DNA of 64,000 nucleotides from Auanema rhodensis. Its lineage: Eukaryota; Animalia; Nematoda. A model generated the notes under the pieces. That model was given only the letters and a program-made list of their open reading frames with translations, was not told the DNA's origin and did not search any database. Below, piece after piece: positions 13,701 to 28,083 of this stretch (the first letter of the stretch is position 1; each line of letters begins with the position of its first letter). A program made the translations under genes and the position numbers. The stretch lies in NCBI GenBank assembly GCA_964057225.1, contig OZ059898.1, positions 13,888,001-13,952,000 on the forward strand, in the 5' to 3' direction.

Positions 13701-14604
13701 AAAGATTTTGAAAGTACTTTAGCTTGTCCATTTTTTAACTTTTTACGTGAAACCTTTAAAGAAATATGTTACTGCTTTTCATTCGTAATTATCAATGAAG
13801 TCAAAGATGTGTCAACTCATCTAATCTAATAGTTCACAACCCATCGTAGCGTTCGTGGTGTAATGGTCAGCATGGATGCCTTCCAAGCATTCGACGGGGG
13901 TTTGATTCCCCCCGAACGCATACATTTTTCATTTTTTGTGAATGATTTAACGTTTTGCAATATGTTGCAAAGATTTTGAAAGTACTTTAGCTTGTCCATT
14001 TTTTAACTTTTTACGTGAAACATTCAAAGAAATATGTTACTGCTTTTCATTCGTAATTATCAATGAAGTCAAAGATGTGTCAACTCATCTAATCTTATAG
14101 TTCACAACCCATCGTAGCGTTCGTGGTGTAATGGTCAGCATGGATGCCTTCCAAGCATTCGACGGGGGTTCGATTCCCCCCGAACGCATACATTTTTCAT
14201 TTTTTGTGAATGATTTAACGTTTTGCAATATGTTGCAAAGATTTTGAAAGTACTTTAGCTTGTCCATTTTTTAACTTTTTACGTGAAACCTTTAAAGAAA
14301 TATGTTACTGCTTTTCATTCGTAATTATCAATGAAGTCAAAGATGTGTCAACTCATCTAATCTAATAGTTCACAACCCATCGTAGCGTTCGTGGTGTAAT
14401 GGTCAGCATGGATGCCTTCCAAGCATTCGACGGTGTTTGATTCCCCCCGAACGCATACATTTTTCATTTTTTGTGAATGATTTAACGTTTTGCAATATGT
14501 TGCAAAGATTTTGAAAGTACTTTAGCTTGTCCATTTTTTAACTTTTCACGTGAAACCTTTAAAGAAATATGTTACTGCTTTTCATTCGTAATTATCAATG
14601 AAGT

Positions 14605-14941
14605 CGTTCCGTTATGCTCTCACGTCGATCCTATAGACCAATAAAGTCTACAAGATGAGTGTGATAGTATTCCAGATGTAGCGGTAGATAAAGAGCATAA
14701 TGGATAAACATAAGACTCGAGAAAGAAAGGTTTATTATGTCTACATGATTACAATAAGTTATAAAAGTCTACATAAAGATATAAAGTGAAAGAGAGCTAA
14801 GAAAGGAAGACCAACCATCCATAGTCATTCCATAAGGCCAAGCTGAAGTCTGTGTTCCATATGAAGGGCGTGTCGTCCTCTCTCAGCCTCATGTGGTCTG
14901 ATTCTAACCCGCCTGCTACGTATTGATTTCCGAATGGAACG
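14605..14941 (-). repeat. 3' LTR of element C (337 bp)
   Basis: Ends CGTTCC...GGAACG; its first 183 bp are repeated at 17953-18135 with 2 differences seen. Confidence 0.9.
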
Positions 14942-15638
14942 TGCCATTTTTTCGAGTTTATGTCGCGTCCTCGCGAATAGCAAAATATGTGGCTTGTTCC
15001 AATCGTAGCAGAAGGTTTAGATTTAAAAATCAAAAATTACAATGTTAACATAAAAATAGTAAAGATAAATTACAATATAATGTTAAACAATATTATCTGC
15101 AAAGAATTTAATAAAAATTATTTGAAAATACATGAATATTAAGTAATAAAATAATCTTTTAGAATACCAGGGCTATATTTTGTCAGCGAGAGTGCGCAAA
15201 ATAGCTTTTTAGGCACGACGCTGCATGTCTAACTTGTTTGAGTATAGAGAAACGAGAGTCATGCTATATTATCGATGGATCTAGCATGTTTCTTCAGCGT
15301 ATTCAAAGCGAATTGTAATAATAATAAAAAATTAAATTAAATCCCATATAATTTCCGGAATTGAATCATTAACTACTTGATAAGGACTGTTGCTCAGATG
15401 AATATGCAATATAATGTCTCTTATCTTTCATTTCTTTTTTATTTACGGGAAATTATTTGAAATTGATGAAGTTTTATAATCATATATGCTTTGAAACTGA
15501 AATGCTTTTTGATTATTAGCTTACATCTCGTCTTACTCAAGTTTTTCAATGATATAATAATATTAATAGCTCTGGTTATTTAAAAGAGAGTTGATACAAA
15601 GTTTTACAATAATTTTATCAATCTCGAAATTATTTCTT

Positions 15639-16614
15639 TTATCGTCTTCTTCTTGGTGGTAGCCAATTTTGGTCCGATGGGTCTTCTGGTTCTGTTTCTT
15701 CAGTAGAGTCATAGTTATCGTTACCATTTATGACTTTTATGATCTCAATATCGCTGTCGTCGTCCGTGTCATAAGTCGTTGTATTTGATCGCGTGTTTTG
15801 AGCGATTGTATGGTCCATTTTGCGTTCAAAAAGTTTGAGATTGTCTTTGTGTACGTCTTGAATTTTTCCAAATTGATTCTTGAGTTGTACCATGTTTCCT
15901 TTTTAGCAGTAACTGGTGTTTGTTCTTTCACTATGACGGATGTTTCTTCTCCTCCTGGTGATACGTAATCCTTGTCGCTTAATCGTTCAGTAGGTGAATA
16001 AGTGCCTGCACGAGGAGTAAAGAATTTGTCGTGTTTGTGCTCGGCTTTCTGCTCGTCTTCGATTATAGCGGTGCTCTGTGCGCGAGATCGGCTTCTGGTG
16101 AGTGGAGCTGAGTCTCGCAGATCAAAATCAGTTCGTGTACTGAGAGGTACAGCTGATCGGAATCGCTTATCCACTTTGGTAGCCCTCTTGGTTTGGAAAA
16201 ACCTTGAGTGTTCAGTAACATGGGGGATTTTGAGACGTTAATGAGTGTTATGGATAAGGAGTTTTGGAAAAGGGGTGAGAAAGCTGTGAGTAACTGGTTT
16301 GTATAGTCGACGTTAAGGAATGAATCTAAGTTGTGGCCTTTAACAGGTGAATAAGTGCCTGCACGAGTAGGTGAATAAGTGCCTGCACGAGGAGTAAAGA
16401 ATTTGTCGTGTTTGTGCTCGGCTTTCTGCTCGTCTTCGATTATAGCGGTGCTCTGTGCGCGAGATCGGCTTCTGGTGAGTGGAGCTGAGTCTCGCAGATC
16501 AAAATCAGTTCGTGTACTGAGAGGTACAGCTGATCGGAATCGCTTATCCACTTTGGTAGCCCTCTTGGTTTGGAAAAACCTTGAGTGTTCAGTAACATGG
16601 GGGATTTTGAGACG
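15639..16614 (-). pseudogene. Fused remnants of gag N-terminus and integrase C-terminus of element C
   Basis: IPHVTEHSRFFQTK..KVDKRF...TPVTAKK is joined out of frame to GNMVQLKN..KIQDVHKDNLKLF..DSDIEIIKV..NWLP; homologous to both ends of the B polyprotein. Confidence 0.88.
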
Positions 16615-17149
16615 TTAATGAGTGTTATGGATAAGGAGTTTTGGAAAAGGGGTGAGAAAGCTGTGAGTAACTGGTTTGTATAGTCGACGTTAAGGAATGA
16701 ATCTAAGTTGTGGCCTTTAACAGAGATCCGCCTACTACCGTATGAAAATTTGGACTTTGTTCGCTTTCCAATTTAATATTCTTGAATGTATATAATTCAA
16801 CCAGTTTGTATATGTTCAAAAATGTTCAGTGCTCACTTGATTGGTGCCTGAGCAATCTCATTAGTCCTTATTCCCATTTTTTTTCTTTTTCTGACGATTC
16901 TGATCTCTCACGAGTGATCGAAAATGCCACGAAAATGGACTTTGGTAAATGTTCAAAGGATTTTAGCGGTTTTCGTAATGTACATTCGTAATAGCATTAC
17001 TCTTTAAGGAAGCAATTTGGAAAACGAATGAGTACCGTAGTCCCATCATGATCAGAAATCTAGTTTTGAAATTATGGCTAGGAATAGATGACTAAAGATT
17101 ACAATAACTATATTTAAAGAATTATGGTGTTTAGGAATGAGTCTTATGC

Positions 17150-17830
17150 TTCAAAACAACAATAACGGTATGAGGAAGGTGACATATAGTAAGGGGAGAA
17201 AATCCAAACTGATATGCTTAAGCCAACACGACCTGATAGACAATCACTAATAATAATTCAGTTCGTAAAATTGTACAGGATTTTTCGGACTATAGCGATC
17301 TTAAAATTCACTTTTCATAATATTCCTCCCATTTAGGTGAGGTTTCCCGTGTAATTTCAATGCGTTATCAAAATATTTTTGGATGTTAATGGCAAAAAGT
17401 TGTCTGAACAGAAATGTAACGCAAAATAAAATAGTCCTGATCGCAAAATATGAAATAATCTCAATTTGGTGCGCAAAATTGTTTCATCCACAAAAATAAA
17501 GAAATAACCGTGGCCATTCTTTCCTCGAAGCCAAAATCAATCCTTAAAAGGAGAAAGTGTGGGCATAAATCTCAATAAAAATTATCCTTGGGTGAATTTG
17601 TTCACTAATTCATCCTAGGGTCCTCAAAAAATGCTTCGAGTTCGGGTAACAGAGTATTCGATGTTAACAGCAAGGGTATAAAAATTGTTGGGTTCAGACA
17701 GACAGAAAATTGTGAACAAACGGGAAAATATAACTTCAGTTTCAAAAAATATAAAATATCCATCTCCAAAAGGAGTGGTCCTTGCATCTGTTCCCTTTTA
17801 AACGTTGTTGGCCCCACCGTATTGTTTTAA
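17150..17830 (-). ncRNA. Conserved structured leader RNA, copy C
   Basis: Same helices as copies A and B (see findings). Confidence 0.7.
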
Positions 17831-18135
17831 GACATGGAGTAGATGGTTTAGAGATATAAGAGAATTCAGATTCAATGAATTGTATTGAAAATAACGAAAT
17901 ATACGAGAAATAGTCAAGAAATCAAGATAAAATGTTCGAGGTGGAACCTCCACGTTCCGTTATGCTCTCACGTCGATCCTATAGACCAATAAAGCCTACA
18001 AGATGAGTGTGATAGTATTCCAGATGTAGCGGTAGATAAAGAGCATAATGGATAAACATAAGACTCGAGAAAGAAAGGTTTATTATGTCTACATGATTAC
18101 AATAAGTTATATAAGTCTACATAAAGATATAAAGT

Positions 18136-21100
18136 CTTTGCAACATATTGCAAAACGTTAAATCATTCACAAAAAATGAAAAATGTATGCGTTCGGGGGG
18201 AATCGAACCCCCGTCGAATGCTTGGAAGGCATCCATGCTGACCATTACACCACGAACGCTACGATGGGTTGTGAACTATTAGATTAGATGAGTTGACACA
18301 TCTTTGACTTCATTGATAATTAAGAATGAAAAGCAGTAACATGTTTCTTTAAACGTTTCACGTAAAAAGTTAAAAAATGGACAAGCTAAAGTACTTTCAA
18401 AATCTTTGCAACATATTGCAAAACGTCAAACCGTTCTTAAAAAATTAAAAATGTATGCGTTCGGGGGGAATCGAACCCCCGTCGAATGCTTGGAAGGCAT
18501 CCATGCTGACCATTACACCACGAACGCTACAATGGGTTGTGAACTATTAGATTAGATGAGTTGACACATCTTTGACTTCATTGATAATTACGAATGAAAA
18601 GCAGTAACATATTTCTTTAAAAGTTTCACGTAAAAAGTTAAAAAATGGACAAGCTAAAGTACTTTCAAAATCTTTGCAACATATTGCAAAACGTTAAATC
18701 ATTCACAAAAAATGAAAAATGTATGCGTTCGGGGGGAATCGAACCCCCGTCGAATGCTTGGAAGGCATCCATGCTGACCATTACACCACGAACGCTACGA
18801 TGGCTCTTGAACTATTAGATTAGATGAGTTGACACATCTTTGACTTCATATATAATTACGAATGAAAAGCAGTAATATATTTCTTTAAAAGTTTCACGTA
18901 AAAAGTTAAAAAATGGACAAGCTAAAGTACTTTCAAAATCTTTGCAACATATTGCAAAACGTTAAATCATTCACAAAAAATGAAAAATGTATGCGTTCGG
19001 GGGGAATCGAACCCCCGTCGAATGCTTGGAAGGCATCCATGCTGACCATTACACCACGAACGCTACGATGGCTCTTGAACTATTAGATTAGATGAGTTGA
19101 CACATCTTTGACTTCATTGATAATTACGAATGAAAAGCAGTAACATATTTCTTTAACGTTTCACATCAAAAAATCAAAAATGGACAAGCTCAAGTATTTT
19201 CAAAATCTTTGCAACATATTGCAAAACGTCAAACCAATCTTAAAAAATTAAAAATGTATGCGTTCGGGGGGAATCGAACCCCCGTCGAATGCTTGGAAGG
19301 CATCCATGCTGACCATTACACCACGAACGCTACGATGGCTCTTGAACTATTAGATTAGATGAGTTGACACATCTTTGACTTCATATATAATTACGAATGA
19401 AAAGCAGTAATATATTTTTTTCAAACGTTTCACATCAAAAATTCAAAAATGGACAAGCTCAAGTACTTTCAAAATCTTTGCAACATATTGCAAAACGTCA
19501 AACCGTTCTTAAAAAATTAAAAATGTATGCGTTCGGGGGGAATCGAACCCCCGTCGAATGCTTGGAAGGCATCCATGCTGACCATTACACCACGAACGCT
19601 ACGATGGCTCTTGAACTATTAGATTAGATGAGTTGACACATCTTTGACTTCATATATAATTACGAATGAAAAGCAGAAACATATTTTTTTTAACGTTTCA
19701 CATCAAAAAATCAAAAATGGACAAGCTCAAGTATTTTCAAAATCTTTGCTACATATTGCAATCAAATCATTCACAAAAAATGAAAAATGTATGCGTTCGG
19801 GGGGAATCGAACCCCCGTCGAATGCTTGGAAGGCATCCATGCTGACCATTACACCACGAACGCTACGATGGCTCTTGAACTATTAGATTAGATGAGTTGA
19901 CACATCTTTGACTTCATATATAATTACGAATGAAAAGCAGTAATATATTTTTTTCAAACGTTTCACATCAAAAATTCAAAAATGGACAAGCTCAAGTATT
20001 TTCAAAATCTTTGCAACATATTGCAAAACGTCAAACCGTTCTTAAAAAATTAAAAATGTATGCGTTCGGGGGGAATCGAACCCCCGTCGAATGCTTGGAA
20101 GGCATCCATGCTGACCATTACACCACGAACGCTACGATGGCTCTTGAACTATTAGATTAGATGAGTTGACACATCTTTGACTTCATATATAATTACGAAT
20201 GAAAAGCAGTAATATATTTTTTTCAAACGTTTCACATCAAAAATTCAAAAATGGACAAGCTCAAGTACTTTCAAAATCTTTGCAACATATTGCAAAACGT
20301 CAAACCGTTCTTAAAAAATTAAAAATGTATGCGTTCGGGGGGAATCGAACCCACGTCGAATGCTTGGAAGGCATCCATGCTGACCATTACACCACGAACG
20401 CTACGATGGCTCTTGAACTATTAGATTAGATGAGTTGACACATCTTTGACTTCATATATAATTACGAATGAAAAGCAGTAATATATTTTTTTCAAACGTT
20501 TCACATCAAAAATTCAAAAATGGACAAGCTCAAGTATTTTCAAAATCTTTGCTACATATTGCAATCAAATCATTCACAAAAAATGAAAAATGTATGCGTT
20601 CGGGGGGAATCGAACCCCCGTCGAAAGCTTGGAAGGCATCCATGCTGACCATTACACCACGAACGCTACGATGGCTCTTGAACTATTAGATTAGATGAGT
20701 TGACACATCTTTGACTTCATATATAATTACGAATGAAAAGCAGTAATATATTTTTTTCAAACGTTTCACATCAAAAATTCAAAAATGGACAAGCTCAAGT
20801 ATTTTCAAAATCTTTGCTACATATTGCAATCAAATCATTCACAAAAAATGAAAAATGTATGCGTTCGGGGGGAATCGAACCCCCGTCGAATGCTTGGAAG
20901 GCATCCATGCTGACCATTACACCACGAACGCTACGATGGCTCTTGAACTATTAGATTAGATGAGTTGACACATCTTTGACTTCATATATAATTACAGAAT
21001 GAAAAGCAGACACATATTTTTTTTAACGTTTCACATCAAAAAATCAAAAATGGACAAGCTCAAGTATTTTCAAAATCTTTGCAACATATTGCAAAAGGTC

Positions 21101-24100
21101 GAATGATTAACAAAAAATGAAAAATGTATGCGTTCGGGGGGAATCGAACCCCCGTCGAATGCTTGGAAGGCATCCATGCTGACCATTACACCACGAACGC
21201 TACGATGGCTCTTGAACTATTAGATTAGATGAGTTGACACATCTTTGCCTTCATATACAATTACAGAATGAAAAGCAGAAACATATTTTTTTTAACGTTT
21301 CACATCAAAAAATCAAAAATGGACAAGCTCAAGTATTTTCAAAATCTTTGCTACATATTGCAATCAAATCATTCACAAAAAATGAAAAATGTATGCGTTC
21401 GGGGGGAATCGAACCCCCGTCGAATGCTTGGAAGGCATCCATGCTGACCATTACACCACGAACGCTACGATGGCTCTTGAACTATTAGATTAGATGAGTT
21501 GACACATCTTTGACTTCATATATAATTACAGAATGAAAAGCAGACACATATTTTTTTTAACGTTTCACATCAAAAAATCAAAAATGGACAAGCTCAAGTA
21601 TTTTCAAAATCTTTGCAACATATTGCAAAAGGTCGAATGATTAACAAAAAATGAAAAATGTATGCGTTCGGGGGGAATCGAACCCCCGTCGAATGCTTGG
21701 AAGGCATCCATGCTGACCATTACACCACGAACGCTACGATGGCTCTTGAACTATTAGATTAGATGAGTTGACGCATCTTTGACTTCATATACAATTACAG
21801 AATGAAAAGCAGAAACATATTTTTTTTAACGTTCCACATCAAAAAATCAAAAATGGACAAGCTCAAGTATTTTCAAAATCTTTGCTACATATTGCAATCA
21901 AATCATTCACAAAAAATGAAAAATGTATGCGTTCGGGGGGAATCGAACCCCCGTCGAATGCTTGGAAGGCATCCATGCTGACCATTACACCACGAACGCT
22001 ACGATGGCTCTTGAACTATTAGATTAGATGAGTTGACACATCTTTGACTTCATATATAATTACAGAATTAAAAGCAGAAAAATATTTTTTCAACGTTTCA
22101 CATCAAAAAATCAAAAATGGACAAGCTCAAGTACTTTCAAAATCTTTGCTGTATATTGCAAAACGTCAAACCATTCTTAAAAAACATAAAATGTATGCGT
22201 TCGGGGGGAATCGAACCCCCGTCTAATGCTTGGAAGGCATCCATGCTGACCATTACACCACGAACGCTACGATGGCTCTTGAACTATTAGATTAGATGAG
22301 TTGACACATCTTTGCCTTCATATACAATTACAGAATGAAAAGCAGAAACATATTTTTTTTAACGTTTCACATCAAAAAATCAAAAATGGACAAGCTCAAG
22401 TATTTTCAAAATCTTTGCTACATATTGCAATCAAATCATTCACAAAAAATGAAAAATGTATGCGTTCGGGGGGAATCGAACCCCCGTCGAATGCTTGGAA
22501 GGCATCCATGCTGACCATTACACCACGAACGCTACGATGGCTCTTGAACTATTAGATTAGATGAGTTGACACATCTTTGACTTCATATATAATTACAAAA
22601 TGTAAAGCAGAAACATATTTTTTTAACGTTTCACATCAAAAAATCAAAAATGGACAAGCTCAAGTATTTTCAAAATCTTTGCTACATATTGCAATCAAAT
22701 CATTCACAAAAAATGAAAAATGTATGCGTTCGGGGGGAATCGAACCCCCGTCGAAAGCTTGGAAGGCATCCATGCTGACCATTACACCACGAACGCTACG
22801 ATGGCTCTTGAACTATTAGATTAGATGAGTTGACGCATCTTTGACTTCATATATAATTACAGAATGAAAAGCAGAAACATATTTTTTTCAACGTTTCACA
22901 TCAAAAAATCAAAAATGGACAAGCTCAAGTATTTTCAAAATCTTTGCAACATATTGCAAAAGGTCGAATGATTAACAAAAAATGAAAAATGTATGCGTTC
23001 GGGGGGAATCGAACCCCCGTCGAATGCTTGGAAGGCATCCATGCTGACCATTACACCACGAACGCTACGATGGCTCTTGAACTATTAGATTAGATGAGTT
23101 GACGCATCTTTGACTTCATATACAATTACAGAATGAAAAGCAGAAACATATTTTTTTTAACGTTTCACATCAAAAAATCAAAAATGGACAAGCTCAAGTA
23201 TTTTCAAAATCTTTGCTACATATTGCAATCAAATCATTCACAAAAAATGAAAAATGTATGCGTTCGGGGGGAATCGAACCCCCGTCGAATGCTTGGAAGG
23301 CATCCATGCTGACCATTACACCACGAACGCTACGATGGCTCTTGAACTATTAGATTAGATGAGTTGACACATCTTTGACTTCATATATAATTACAGAATT
23401 AAAAGCAGAAAAATATTTTTTCAACGTTTCACATCAAAAAATCAAAAATGGACAAGCTCAAGTACTTTCAAAATCTTTGCTGTATATTGCAAAACGTCAA
23501 ACCATTCTTAAAAAATATAAAATGTATGCGTTCGGGGGGAATCGAACCCCCGTCGAATGCTTGGAAGGCATCCATGCTGACCATTACACCACGAACGCTA
23601 CGATGGCTCTTGAACTATTAGATTAGATGAGTTGACACATCTTTGCCTTCATATACAATTACAGAATGAAAAGCAGAAACATATTTTTTTTAACGTTTCA
23701 CATCAAAAAATCAAAAATGGACAAGCTCAAGTATTTTCAAAATCTTTGCTACATATTGCAATCAAATCATTCACAAAAAATGAAAAATGTATGCGTTCGG
23801 GGGGAATCGAACCCCCGTCGAATGCTTGGAAGGCATCCATGCTGACCATTACACCACGAACGCTACGATGGCTCTTGAACTATTAGATTAGATGAGTTGA
23901 CACATCTTTGACTTCATATATAATTACAGAATGTAAAGCAGAAACATATTTTTTTAACGTTTCACATCAAAAAATCAAAAATGGACAAGCTCAAGTATTT
24001 TCAAAATCTTTGCAACATATTGCAATCAAATGATTCACAAAAAATGAAAAATGTATGCGTTCGGGGGGAATCGAACCCCGTCGAATGCTTGGAAGGCATC

Positions 24101-27100
24101 CATGCTGACCATTACACCACGAACGCTACAATAGGTTGTGAACTATTAGATTAGATGAGTTGACACATCTTTGACTTCATATATAATTACGAATGAAAAG
24201 CAGTAACATATTTTTTTCAAACGTTTCACATCAAAAATTCAAAAATAGACAAGCTCAAGTATTTTCAAAATCTTTGCAACATATTGCAATCAAATCATTC
24301 ACAAAAAATGAAAAATGTATGCGTTCGGGGGGAATCGAACCCCCGTCGAATGCTTGGAAGGCATCCATGCTGACCATTACACCACGAACGCTACGATGGC
24401 TCTTGAACTATTAGATTAGATGAGTTGACACATCTTTGACTTCATATATAATTACGAATGAAAAGCAGTAACATATTTTTTTCAAAAGTGACACATCAAA
24501 AATTCAAAAATGGACAAGCTCAAGTATTTTCAAAATCTTTGCTGTATATTGCAAAACGTCAAATGATTCACAAAAAATGAAAAATGTATGCGTTCGGGGG
24601 GAATCGAACCCCCGTCGAATGCTTGGAAGGCATCCATGCTGACCATTACACCACGAACGCTACGATGGCTCTTGAACTATTAGATTAGATGAGTTGACAC
24701 ATCTTTGACTTCATATATAATTACAGAATGAAAAGCAGTAACATATTTTTTTCAAACGTTTCACATCAAAAATTCAAAAATGGACAAGCTCAAGTATTTT
24801 CAAAATCTTTGCAACATATTGCAATCAAATCATTCACAAAAAATGAAAAATGTATGCGTTCGGGGGGAATCGAACCCCCGTCGAATGCTTGGAAGGCATC
24901 CATGCTGACCATTACACCACGAACGCTACAATAGGTTGTGAACTATTAGATTAGATGAGTTGACACATCTTTGACTTCATTGATAATTACGAATGAAAAG
25001 CAGTAACATATTTTTTTCAAACGTTTCACATCAAAAATTCAAAAATGGACAAGCTCAAGTATTTTCAAAATCTTTGCAACATATTGCAATCAAATCATTC
25101 ACAAAAAATGAAAAATGTATGCGTTCGGGGGGAATCGAACCCCCGTCGAATGCTTGGAAGGCATCCATGCTGACCATTACACCACGAACGCTACGATGGC
25201 TCTTGAACTATTAGATAAGATGAGTTGACACATCTTTGACTTCATTGAAAATTACGAATGAAAAGCAGTAACATATTTTTTTCAAACGTTTCACATCAAA
25301 AATTCAAAAATGGACAAGCTCAAGTATTTTCAAAATCTTTGCAACATATTGCAATCAAATCATTCACAAAAAATGAAAAATGTATGCGTTCGGGGGGAAT
25401 CGAACCCCCGTCGAATGCTTGGAAGGCATCCATGCTGACCATTACACCACGAACGCTACGATGGCTCTTGAACTATTAGATAAGATGAGTTGACACATCT
25501 TTGACTTCATTGATAATTACGAATGAAAAGCAGTAACATATTTTTTTCAAACGTTTCACATCAAAAATTCAAAAATGGACAAGCTCAAGTATTTTCAAAA
25601 TCTTTGCAACATATTGCAAAACGTCAAACCATTCTTAAAAAATGAAAAATGTATGCGTTCGGGGGGAATCGAACCCCCGTCGAATGCTTGGAAGGCATCC
25701 ATGCTGACCATTACACCACGAACGCTACGGTGGCTCTTGAACTATTAGATAAGATGAGTTGACACATCTTTGACTTCATTGATAATTACGAATGAAAAGC
25801 AGTAACATATTTTTTTCAAACGTTTCACATCGAAAATTCAAAAATGGACAAGCTCAAGTACTTTCAAAATCTTTGCAACATATTGCAAAACGTCAAACCA
25901 TTCTTAAAAAATGGTTTTTTTTTCGTTCGGGGGGAATCGAACCCCCGTCGAATGCTTGGAAGGCATCCATGCTGACCATTACACCACGAACGCTACGATA
26001 GCTCTTGAACTATTAGATAAGATGAGTTGACACATCTTTGACTTCATTGATAATTACGAATGAAAAGCAGTAACATATTTTTTTCAAACGTTTCACATCA
26101 AAAATTCAAAAATGGACAAGCTCAAGTATTTTCAAAATCTTTGCAACATATTGCAAAACGTCAAACCATTCTTAAAAAATGAAAAATGTATGCGTTCGGG
26201 GGGAATCGAACCCCCGTCGAATGCTTGGAAGGCATCCATGCTGACCATTACACCACGAACGCTACGATGGCTCTTGAACTATTAGATAAGATGAGTTGAC
26301 ACATCTTTGACTTCATTGATAATTACGAATGAAAAGCAGTAACATATTTTTTTCAAACGTTTCACATCGAAAATTCAAAAATGGACAAGCTCAAGTACTT
26401 TCAAAATCTTTGCAACATATTGCAAAACGTCAAACCATTCTTAAAAAATGAAAAATGTATGCGTTCGGGGGGAATCGAACCCCCGTCGAATGCTTGGAAG
26501 GCATCCATGCTGACCATTACACCACGAACGCTACGATGGCTCTTGAACTATTTGATTAGATGAGTTGACACATCTTTGACTTCATATATAATTACAGAAT
26601 GAAAAGCAGAAACATATTTTTTTCAAACGTTTCACATCAAAAAATCAAAAATGGACAAGCTCAAGTATTTTCAAAATCTTTGCAACATATTGCAAAACGT
26701 CAAACCATTCTTAAAAAATGGTTTTTTTTTCGTTCGGGGGGAATCGAACCCCCGTCGAATGCTTGGAAGGCATCCATGCTGACCATTACACCACGAACGC
26801 TACGATGGCTCTTGAACTATTTGATTAGATGAGTTGACACATCTTTGACTTCATATATAATTACAGAATGAAAAGCAGAAACATATTTTTTTCAAACGTT
26901 TCACATCGAAAATTCAAAAATGGACAAGCTCAAGTACTTTCAAAATCTTTGCAACATATTGCAAAACGTCAAACCATTCTTAAAAAATGAAAAATGTATG
27001 CGTTCCGGGGGAATCGAACCCCCCTCGAATGCTTGGAAGGCATCCATGCTGACCATTACACCACGAACGCTACGATGGCTCTTGAACTATTTGATTAGAT

Positions 27101-28083
27101 GAGTTGACACATCTTTGACTTCATTGATAATTACGAATGAAAAGCAGTAACATATTTTTTTCAAACGTTTCACATCGAAAATTCAAAAATGGACAAGCTC
27201 AAGTACTTTCAAAATCTTTGCAACATATTGCAAAACGTCAAACCATTCTTAAAAAATGAAAAATGTATGCGTTCGGGGGGAATCGAACCCCCGTCGAATG
27301 CTTGGAAGGCATCCATGCTGACCATTACACCACGAACGCTACGATGGCTCTTGAACTATTTGATTAGATGAGTTGACACATCTTTGACTTCATTGATAAT
27401 TACGAATGAAAAGCAGTAACATATTTTTTTCAAACGTTTCACATCAAAAAATCAAAAATGGACAAGCTCAAGTATTTTCAAAATCTTTGCAACATATTGC
27501 AATCAAATCGTTCACAAAAAATGAAAAATGTATGCGTTCGGGGGGAATCGAACCCCCGTCGAATGCTTGGAAGGCATCCATGCTGACCATTACACCACGA
27601 ACGCTACGATGGCTCTTGAACTATTAGATTAGATGAGTTGACACATCTTTGACTTCATTGATAATTACGAATGAAAAGCAGTAACATATTTTTTTCAAAC
27701 GTTTCACATCAAAAATTCAAAAATGGACAAGCTCAAGTATTTTCAAAATCTTTGCAACATATTGCAAAACGTCAAACCATTCTTAAAAAATGAAAAATGT
27801 ATGCGTTCGGGGGGAATCGAACCCCCGTCGAATGCTTGGAAGGCATCCATGCTGACCATTACACCACGAACGCTACGATGGCTCTTGAACTATTTGATTA
27901 GATGAGTTGACACATCTTTGACTTCATTGATAATTACGAATGAAAAGCAGTAACATATTTTTTTCAAACGTTTCACATCGAAAATTCAAAAATGGACAAG
28001 CTCAAGTACTTTCAAAATCTTTGCAACATATTGCAAAACGTCAAACCATTCTTAAAAAATGAAAAATGTATGCGTTCGGGGGG
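18136..28083 (-). repeat. Tandem tRNA-Gly(TCC) array, inverted orientation, ~37 complete genes, 264-270 bp units
   Basis: First gene 18188-18259; the last gene (from 28071) is split by element A. Confidence 0.96.

Larger units (their letters stand above)
5882..14604 (+). repeat. Tandem array of 32 tRNA-Gly(TCC) genes, 268-bp unit
   Basis: First gene at 6076, last at 14385 (8309 bp = 31 units). Each gene is followed by a TTTTTCATTTTTT Pol III terminator. Confidence 0.97.
14605..18135 (-). mobile_element. Element C: internally deleted Ty3/Gypsy LTR element related to B; 5' LTR truncated
   Basis: 3' LTR 14605-14941; PPT 14942-14953; integrase tail 15639-15897; gag N-terminus ~15900-16614 with an internal tandem duplication; leader; PBS 17940-17952; partial 5' LTR 17953-18135. 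Confidence 0.9.

Noticed and set aside
5882-14604. CRISPR-like periodicity
   Set aside because: The whole unit repeats, there are no unique spacers or cas genes, and the context is eukaryotic.
18132-18135. AAGT as a TSD for element C
   Set aside because: These bases are internal LTR sequence, and the flanking arrays are in opposite orientation.
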